Source of the DNA: Octopus vulgaris
Taxonomy: Eukaryota
Direction: 5' to 3'
NCBI GenBank assembly: GCA_951406725.2
Contig: OX597821.1
Span: 28,706,001 to 28,770,000 of the forward strand
DNA: 64,000 nucleotides
A program made the position numbers and the translations under genes. The notes below the pieces were generated by a model that had not been told where the DNA came from, searched no databases, and saw only the letters and a list, made by a program, of their open reading frames with translations. Shown here piece after piece: positions 54,752 through 64,000 of this stretch (positions are counted from its first letter, which is position 1; each line of letters starts with the position of its first letter).

Positions 54752-55162
54752 ACAAATTGATATACACAAATATGTGCGTCTATATATATATGTGTGTGTG
54801 TGCGTGTATGTGTCAGTATGTACGTGTGTATGTATGTACGTCAGAACAAAATCACATTCAAGAAAAACGAAAGATGTCATCAAGAAGATGGAAAGCTCAA
54901 TTTCCTTCAAGATGTATAAAGTGATTTGTCAGCATCAACTTCATCCAGCTTCGAATCACGGAAATGTTCACAACATATAAAATAAACTTCAAAGTTTTGA
55001 ATCTTAACTTATCAACAAAAACGACGCTCTATTATTTCAGCAAAGTAAGGACATATTTCCCGAGGCAATTCTGCGTAGGCACACCGTTGATAACAATTTA
55101 TGAAGTTAAAGAAAAGATGCAAGATCTCCAACACAACACATCATATATAAATACATATATAC

Positions 55163-55262
<100 letters not shown>

Positions 55263-55278
55263 ATGTATATAGACAGTC

Positions 55279-55313
<35 letters not shown>

Positions 55314-55315
55314 CA

Positions 55316-56041
55316 AATAACTTTCTTTATTGACCACACAGGGCTGGATACAGAGGGGACAATTACAAATGTAGAGCTTTTCTTTTCGAAGATGGAAAAG
55401 GAAAAAGAAGAAAAAAAGGAGACAAATGTAAAATTTCGATCAAAAGGGATCGGAAAAAAACAAACGATCAAATGGATCGTGTATGACAGAGAGAATTTTT
55501 TTTTCACAGTAACAAACGAGATTAGGTTCAATCGTAGAAAGAAAATCCTACAGAAAAGACCACGGTAACCTCAGGCAAGCAGAAAATAAACATGTGAGAG
55601 CAAAGTGCTCTCTCTCTTTTACGATTTACAGGATCATGCTCAAAGTGGTTTCGTCACTGGCACGCACCATCTTTTTTTGAAAATTTTCACGAGACGAACT
55701 CACCATACTCACCTCACTTTTCAAGCGGTACTTGAAAAAGTTGATGAGCGATTGGCCAGAGAGGTATGTGTTTGTCTCTAATCCTTTCGCTCGAGTCCAC
55801 CACACACATTCTTCCACCATAGCAACCTGTACGATAATGACTGCTTTGCCTTCCTGGTTGAGGGAAGGGGGCGGTGCAATACTGACGATAGACTCGGCCG
55901 ACAGGCAGACTCGTCCCACACGTGACAGCAGCTGTTCGGCATAAGCCCACAGGTCCGAAATGGATGGACACTGTACGAGCGCGTGCAGAACGGTTTCGTC
56001 GCTCTGACCGCATCTCGGGCAAGTCGGTCCAGTGTGTCTCG
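55316..56041 (-). mobile_element. Tx1/L1-clade LINE 3' fragment
   Basis: Zinc finger CPRCGQSDETVLHALVQC, 3' UTR, AATAAA, then (TATC)n; paralogous to 56134-56850. Confidence 0.85.
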
Positions 56042-56062
56042 AAGATAGATAGATTGATAGAC

Positions 56063-56133
<71 letters not shown>

Positions 56134-56135
<2 letters not shown>

Positions 56136-58800
56136 TGTTTCTTTATTAGCCACACAGGGCTGCACACAGATGGGACAGATTACAAAGTAGAGCATTTCTT
56201 TTTGGTGGAGAGAAAAAAATGAGGTGGGTTAGGTTTTCGATCAAAAGGGATCGTAAAAGGGAAAGAAGAAAACAAAGGGGAAAAAAGGAAAGAAAAACGA
56301 TCAATAGGGACCATATATCACAGTGTCATGGTGTAAAGTGTAATGGGGGAAGCAGATGAGATTTATCCGTGGGAAGAAAAGCATACGGAAAAGACCACGG
56401 TAACCTCGGTCGATGATGTTACATGTTACCACATTTGTTTGCAAGTAGGTAACCCTCTGATTTAAATTTTACGGGTTCATAGGATTATGCTCAAGGTGGC
56501 TTCGTTATTCATACGTGCCATCCTTGATATATTCACCCATCATTTTTTTAAACATTCGCCAGACAAAACTTGCCTCTCTACTCTCACTTTCCTTTTCAAG
56601 TGATACTTTAAAAAGTTGATGAGAGATTGACCAGCGAGGAAAGTGTTTGTCTCCAATCCTTTCAAACGTATCCACCAGATACATTCTTTCGCCATAGCCA
56701 CAAGGATAATGAAAATAGCTCTTCCTTCCCGTTTGATAGAAGGAGGCGTGACAATATTGACGATAGACTCGGCTGAGTGCGTGCAGAACGGTTTTGTCGC
56801 TCTGACCGCATCTCTAGCAGGTCGGCCCCGTGTTTCTCGACCTGTGTCTGTAGAGCTTATCCCTAACGGGTAGCGCTTCTCGGTAGCACTGCCAGGCCAG
56901 GGATCTCTGGAAGTTGTCCATGGACTCTGGCCCGAAAGTCGTCCTGAACAGGCGGGTCAGGTATTCCTCGTCGACGTCCAGGTTCGACCCGAGCTCGTCA
57001 TCGTACCTCCCCTCCACTAATTCCCTATAGAATGATTTGGTTGTTTTGAATCACTAAAGGTCGACCCGAGACGGCATAGTTACATGAGAGCAACACGACA
57101 CTCGTGGTGCCATTCGCCCTTCCTCGGCCTCTTTTTGATCCACGACTGCAGTTCGGTCATGGAGACGAGTTGCGGGAAAGCACGCCTCACAAACGGCGAC
57201 CACACCTGTTGACCATCGTCTGCGTAGAGCCTGAGATGTTGCAGTCTCAGCGCGTGTCTGCGCATCATCAACCACGGCATGCCCAGTCCTCCTTTTAACG
57301 GGTGTTGACAGCAAATGAATCACCTAACCATCGGCAATAATGGCTCGAGAGTCAATACGTTGAGAAGCGACGAGACCGAACGTACAATATCGAAAGCTCT
57401 CGATAGATGTCCATTTATGCGAATTAGCGAGCGGATATCTCCGTACAATGCGGCTATCCAACCGCGGAAGACGGGACCGAAACCAGCCGCTCTGAGGACA
57501 GCCTCCAAGCATCGATGGTCTACCCTATCGAATGCTTTCGACTGATCCAAATTGATCAGCGCCCAACCCATGCCAGGTTCCTTAACTACCCTGTCTATGA
57601 TGTAGCGCATCAGGTGAAGGTTGTCATGGATGCTCCAGCTCGGCACGGCGCACGTTTGTTCCTTGTCGACCAGTTTCTAGATGACAAACGCCAACCTCTT
57701 GGCTAACAGCTTGGCCAAAATTTTCAAGTCTGCATTAAGCAGAGTGATGGGCCTAAAGTTATCTATTACATTCCCCTTGGTAAGATCTTTCTTCAGCAGT
57801 GTTACGGCTCCTCGGCTCACAAAACCAGGAATGCTCTTGTTTTGCTGCCAGATGCAGTACACCGCTGCCAAGACGTCTCCAAACAAGTCTGTAAAGCTCG
57901 TAGGGTAGACCATATAAACCCGGCGATTCTGCCATCGCCTCCTGCACTTCCGCCGCCGTGATGGCACCTTCGCAGCGCCCTGCCTCTCTTGTCGAGAGTC
58001 GTGGTAGGCTGTGTAGGTAGACACTGAAGTCCACCCTACATTCTTGCCCGTCACTCGTCCCGAACAGTTGGGCAAAATGCTGTTGAAAAGCCTCACCCAT
58101 TTTGCTTGGCTCGAGCAATTCGCGCCCCTGTTCATCTACCAGAGACTGAATGGTGGCTTTGTTACCCTGTTGCACCTCTGCCACCCGGACCTCTCACGCG
58201 GCTCCAACACCTTCGTTCCTTAGAGCAGTATCCTATCTATATACGATCTCGACGACCCGATGCGGTTGCTCCATGTCCACGTTGGCGCATTCGGGTGGTC
58301 GAGTCGGTTCCTGTCAGACAGTTGAAAGCGTCTGAGCAGGTCTCTGAGGCATTTTCATCCCCGTCTATTCCTATCTCTACCCACGTAGTCTACATGCGTA
58401 AAGGACGAGATGTTCCAAAGAATACTTCTAGATGTTGAAAGAAATCCGCCCGACCTATTAAAGGCGGTGCGTAGACTGATACGAGTCGAAAAGCGCACAC
58501 ATTGCTGCCGTCGACATCCATGACGACCAGTCTACCCTCCGGGTCTACGAATAGTCTTTACTTTGAGATCCAGACTCCTGCGAAAAAGTACCGCGGTTCC
58601 ACTACGCCCATTCTTGGCAGACAAGGGGAAAATAAATGTTGAACTGTCCGCCAAACATGGTCTTTATGGCCCGCGGATTTTGGAGTCTGGTCTCACTCAT
58701 GGCTATGATTTCTAACTTGTGTGACTTTATGTTATTACGAGGTACCCTTGTTTCCAAGGGGTCCCCAAGCCACGCGCATTTACACAACCAATCTTGATCA
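56134..58800 (-). mobile_element. Tx1/L1-clade LINE ORF2 (endonuclease + RT + zinc finger), decayed with internal deletions; ORF1/5' remnant may extend to about 59340
   Basis: EIIAMSETRL (endonuclease), NFRPITLLNADLKILAK and IHDNLHLMRYII..LDQSKAFDRVDH (RT); AATAAA plus (TATC)n at the 3' end. Confidence 0.9.
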
Positions 58801-60936
58801 TAATCCTAGTGAATTAAAATACAAGCGAAAGGAACAGAGGGTTACTTACTGCTCGAAAGTTTTTGCTTTCTCCTCCTTTGTTTTGTCCTCGAGGAGATCC
58901 TAGTAAAGTTTCTTCGTGAGGTATTTTCGGCATTTACCAACCGCACTGGGGAAAATGCCTTTTATTGTGTGGTGCAGACTTCTAGAGATATGTAGTATTT
59001 TGATGTGATCCGGTGGTGTTGTGTATGGGTGATTGTTTGTTTTTATGTCATCTTCTCTTATGTTTGTTTTTGATTTGATGCATTCCATTAAATTTGTGTT
59101 TTTGGTGTCTATAGCTGTGAGCATGTTTGCTGTATATATTTTTGTGGTGTTGGTATGGCTGTTGTTTGTGGTGGGTTTCGAAATGTCTTCGGGAGATGTA
59201 TTTCCCCCTGCTTTGTTTGTTTGCATTTGGTTTGGTTGTGTTTCTGCTCTGTTTTTTCCTTCCTTTTCTAGCTATTTGCCATTCCTCGCTGTCAACACAT
59301 ATGCACGTGTATATAAACATACACTCCTACAAACTTACATAAAACTGAACGAAGTACAAGAACAAAGCATGAAAATATCTCAACTAATTAAGAAAGAACA
59401 AAATCGGACGAATAGTAATTAAATGATCAATTGTGCATCTGACGTTAAGATGAATTCAAGAACTGCATTGCGTCATGGTCAGTGGCAGGTATTAGATTAA
59501 CAAGTTGGAATTCATTTAATTGATGGTTGTTAATGGCTGATTCATGTTGACTTGTTAGGATGTAACTTCGATCACCATTCCTCTTATGTTTTCCTCTTCA
59601 AATATGATCAAAACCATGCTGTCCTTGTCCCGGGTTTTAACTAGATCAATCTTTGGTGGCTGATGTGCTTGTGCGGAGGTATAGTTTATTGGAGACGTGC
59701 GAGTGCTGATTTGTGCAGGAGATGTGACATATATCACAATTCGTGGATTCGATCTGCGACTTAATTTTACAAACTCGTGTTCCTTTTCAAAGACATACCA
59801 GCATTTAATGCCCTCTGAAAGGACGCTGCTACACACACACACACACACACACAGACACACACACACACACATACACACACAATATTTTGTTCGAGTCAGT
59901 CTCTGCCTTCTGTGTGTATCGGCGACGGATGCACAATACCTTCAAGTAACACAATTACGTCATAATTTGAGTGGAGAAATTGAGGGATGTAAAAGGCCAA
60001 AATTTTGGAGACTCGACCAAAATAAAATATATTACTAGCCTATCTACTGTACGGAAAAATCTGGTGTTCTTCACAAAACAAGTACCGTATTATCCGGTGT
60101 ATTAACCGTAGTTTTTTCCGACGGGAACATCCAGGAAAATGTGGGGCGCTTTTATATACGGGTACAAGGAAAAGTCGATCTAAAACTCGAACATTGCTTC
60201 ATGTTGTTATCCAAGAATCATGTGGTACTAGCTCACTTTACAATTCTTGCCGTTAAAACTAGTAAAAAATCCTTTAAATATTCATATTTCAGTGTCATCA
60301 TCCATTTTGTCCATCATTTCAAGCCAACGTGCGCCGATGTCGTCTCAGTCGCAGCATCCGCTTCGATGATACTACAGCCCTGTAGAATAGGAACATGTGC
60401 CAGTAGAAAAGTAACGAGAATTTCTGTAAAGACTTACCTTTCTCCAACAAATGCACTATAATACACAGCTCATCGCAATTTCCACTCACCCTCTGATTTA
60501 CCGCGAATTACCTACGAGCCCGGTAATCCGCAGGTCTACGACGAAAACATCTAGTGTTCGATGAATCGGATGTATGACTTATCTCGCTACGTTAAGAAAC
60601 AAGAGAGAAGGAGAGCAGTGATTTATTCTTGAATGTCATTGATGAAATGTATTTACTAGGAAACAAGTAAATTAAAATGGAGTATGAAAAATAATTTCAT
60701 ATAAAATGAGAGAAGTGCATTTATTCAGAATCATCTTGAGCCGGGAATGGTAAGTTTCATCGCCATCACCAATGCCACAAAGAAATACCATTTTCATCAG
60801 CCCCAGTTATTTCCTGGTTTCTCCCACGTTTCTCCCACGTCGGGGACCGAAAATCGGAGGCGCGGTTTATACGTAGGTGCGACTGATACACCGACAAATA
60901 CGGTATATAAATATATATACACATATATATAATATT

Positions 60937-60986
<50 letters not shown>

Positions 60987-60998
60987 TTATATACCTAC

Positions 60999-61050
<52 letters not shown>

Positions 61051-61217
61051 TTATATACATATATACATATATATATATAATATTTACATATATATATATA
61101 TTATATTTTATATATGTACAAATATATACGTTATATTATATATAAATATTATTATTATTGTATGTATGTATGTATATATAAACATATATATATGTACATA
61201 TATATATATATACATAT

Positions 61218-61286
<69 letters not shown>

Positions 61287-62697
61287 TATGTATATATATA
61301 TGTAACTGCATAAATAGATAGGTAGATATACGTATACACACACACGGACGCACACACGAAGACACACACATACACATTTATACATACATATTTACTGCGA
61401 AAGTTACCATGAGATGACCTCTGAGATGGACTTGTGGTGTATATGAGGACTCATTTTTATACACTAGCGGGACATAATCCTCCACTATGACCGTCAGTAA
61501 CAGCAGATCTCACCACAAAGAAGACTGACTCGGTTCAACGAAATGTCTACGCAGAGTGGCTAAACTAACTCAAATTCTACTCCCCTGGGAGAAGGCGGGA
61601 AAGAAATGCAGTGATATACATATGGAAATTCCTGGAACGTCTAATTTTCAACTTTAGAATTGAAAACTGTATAAAGAGTAGAACTGGACGGCACACCATG
61701 GTACCGAAGATAATATAATTCCCATTTCGAACAAGTACTTCATACTGTAACAGTTTGGGTTTCAAGGTTCACAACTATTTGCGAAGTGCGAATGTGGAGG
61801 TCTACCAGGAAGGTGTGAACAAATTTTTGAACTCACAACGCTGCAAGAGTCACATAGACTCTGTTCAAACTGATACTTCAACAGAAATAATGCAGAAATC
61901 GAACCCAATCACATTGATAGGCGATGCTAAAAAATAATCTTAGCTTCTAACTGAAATCAGATCTTAGATGTGAAAAAGATCTAAGTTTTTTTCAATTACG
62001 CATAGCTACTTGATCATATGGTGTGGATTGTTCGATTATTTTCCACTTCATCGTATATGGTGTTGCGTTCGATTTCAAACTCCATAGGTGGCTAACCAAA
62101 CATATAGCTCTGCTTTTGTCCCTGTGTCGGACACAGATCTAAGAACTCTAACTCCGAAATTTTCAGCAGATGTAGCATGTGCCTATGTCCTTGTTGAAGA
62201 AGTGGGAAACATCTCCTACATCGGATTAAATTACTGTATCATAGGCTCTAAGCGACTCTCATTTCTAAGGGAAATAAATCTTATTCCCCTTTGTTTCTTT
62301 CTAATTATTTATTTTTTTCGTTTTTCCAACAATCTACTTTTTATATATACTTCTTACTCAGCTTTGCTCGCTTATTCTCTCATCGTATTGTTAGTTCATT
62401 ATGTCCGGAGGGCAGTGTCTGATGATTGTGGCGGGACACATTTTATAAAAGCAATGTTTGGCATGTTGTCAGCACATGAATCTAATAGTAACACAAAAAA
62501 TATATATCGTATTTATCAAATTATATATATATATATATATAGATAGATAGATAGATAGATAGATAGACAGATAGATAGATAGATATGCACACATACATAC
62601 ATACACACAAACATATGTATATACATATATATATGGTGGGGGGTCATGTACGTGTACTAGAAAGTATTATACTCGCACACACGCGTATATATATGTA

Positions 62698-62739
<42 letters not shown>

Positions 62740-62842
62740 TATATTTATATTCATATATATATATATACATGTGTATTTATATTCAAATACATACATACAT
62801 CCCCTTTTGTATTTTATATATATGTATATATATATAGATATG

Positions 62843-62899
<57 letters not shown>

Positions 62900-63279
62900 C
62901 TTTGAAAAGCATTGCCAGACGAATTCCTATATATTCTTTGTAGAGACCACGACAGATTTTTCACATAACCATATATTTTCTAAATGCTTTGCACACAGTC
63001 AGTATTGTAGTATTATTTTGATGAAAATGTAAAAGTAGATGTCGTATTAATATGGCTAAAGCTAAAACGGCACATCAATTCATCGCCATTTAGCCGCCAC
63101 TCATCAAAAGAGTTAAAAGACCTCATTTACATATTGCGTTCTGTTCTTGTCCGAACTTTCAATATCTGTTCAATCAAAAATAAGTATATAAATACGGCTG
63201 TATTAATACACACCCCTACGCATGCGCGAAATGCACACACAGAAATATACATACATAGATACATATGCGCCTAAATAAA

Positions 63280-63486
<207 letters not shown>

Positions 63487-64000
63487 TTATAGTTATGTAT
63501 GTATTTATGTATGGATGTATGTATATATATATATATCTTGAACAAAGCAAAATAACAACCAAACGTTAAAAAGAAACACGAAAGCAGTTCCACTAAAGAT
63601 ATAACAAAAAATAACTTGAAGATTATCAAAAAACTGTATTATACATTATAAGACTAGAGACTAAAGGAGAGGAGATGAATGTGAAACAGAGATAGAGAGA
63701 GAGAGAGAGAATAAAGAGAGAGAAACGAGAGAGAGGGAGAGAATATATTCAGAGACACTAATTGGCGAATAACACAAACTGTCATAGACCTATAATGTAG
63801 AAAGCATTTCTGCTATCAAAGTAACCAAAATACACATTCAACCACCATTAAAAGTAACAACAACAACAGCTGCAGCAGCAGAAGCAGCAACAACAGCAAC
63901 AATAACAATAAGAATATTTTATAGCGCTATCACATACGTAACCTTCCGCTTCGTTTTGATTATCATCGTCATCGTCGTCGTCAACTTCATCCTCATCATC

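Noticed and set aside
59430-59830. Unique-looking minus-strand ORF pieces after a TTTCAG acceptor
   Set aside because: Stops interrupt the frames and no recognisable domain is present.
60740-60804. Minus-strand CUGAUGA...GAAAC
   Set aside because: Stems II and III do not pair; likely chance.
63850-64000. CAA/CAG and CAT/CGT triplet runs resembling poly-Q or poly-D coding
   Set aside because: Not within a supported ORF; similar triplet runs occur at 39120-39220.

Overview
AT-rich, microsatellite-dense animal DNA, probably Octopus (inferred from the SINE repertoire and the (TA)n/(CA)n/(GATA)n/(AAT)n load; not verified). I find no intact host protein-coding gene. Most ORFs in the track are translated microsatellites, and the rest are decayed retrotransposon or transposon remnants: CR1-like, RTE, R4/Dong and Tx1/L1 LINEs, mariner, hAT- and Helitron-type non-autonomous elements, and about 20 tRNA-derived SINE copies. 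The main signal is a set of short non-coding elements, mostly embedded in (TA)n tracts and belonging to six apparently different families. Each carries a type I hammerhead ribozyme motif (CUGANGA...GAAA...NUH) with a palindromic stem III: 2611-2708, 15934-16015, 28516-28550, 28821-28855, 29258-29340, 31445-31532 and 43805-43850. Several are integrated as more-than-monomer direct repeats (periods 475, 432 and 571 nt), often with an inverted 5' piece. This is the pattern expected for Penelope-mobilised, retrozyme-like circular RNAs. One element folds into a long rod whose other arm is an antisense, broken hammerhead. Another combines a tRNA-type Pol III promoter, an (AAT)n tract and a hammerhead. 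All structures were read and paired by hand; no searches or folding programs were run.
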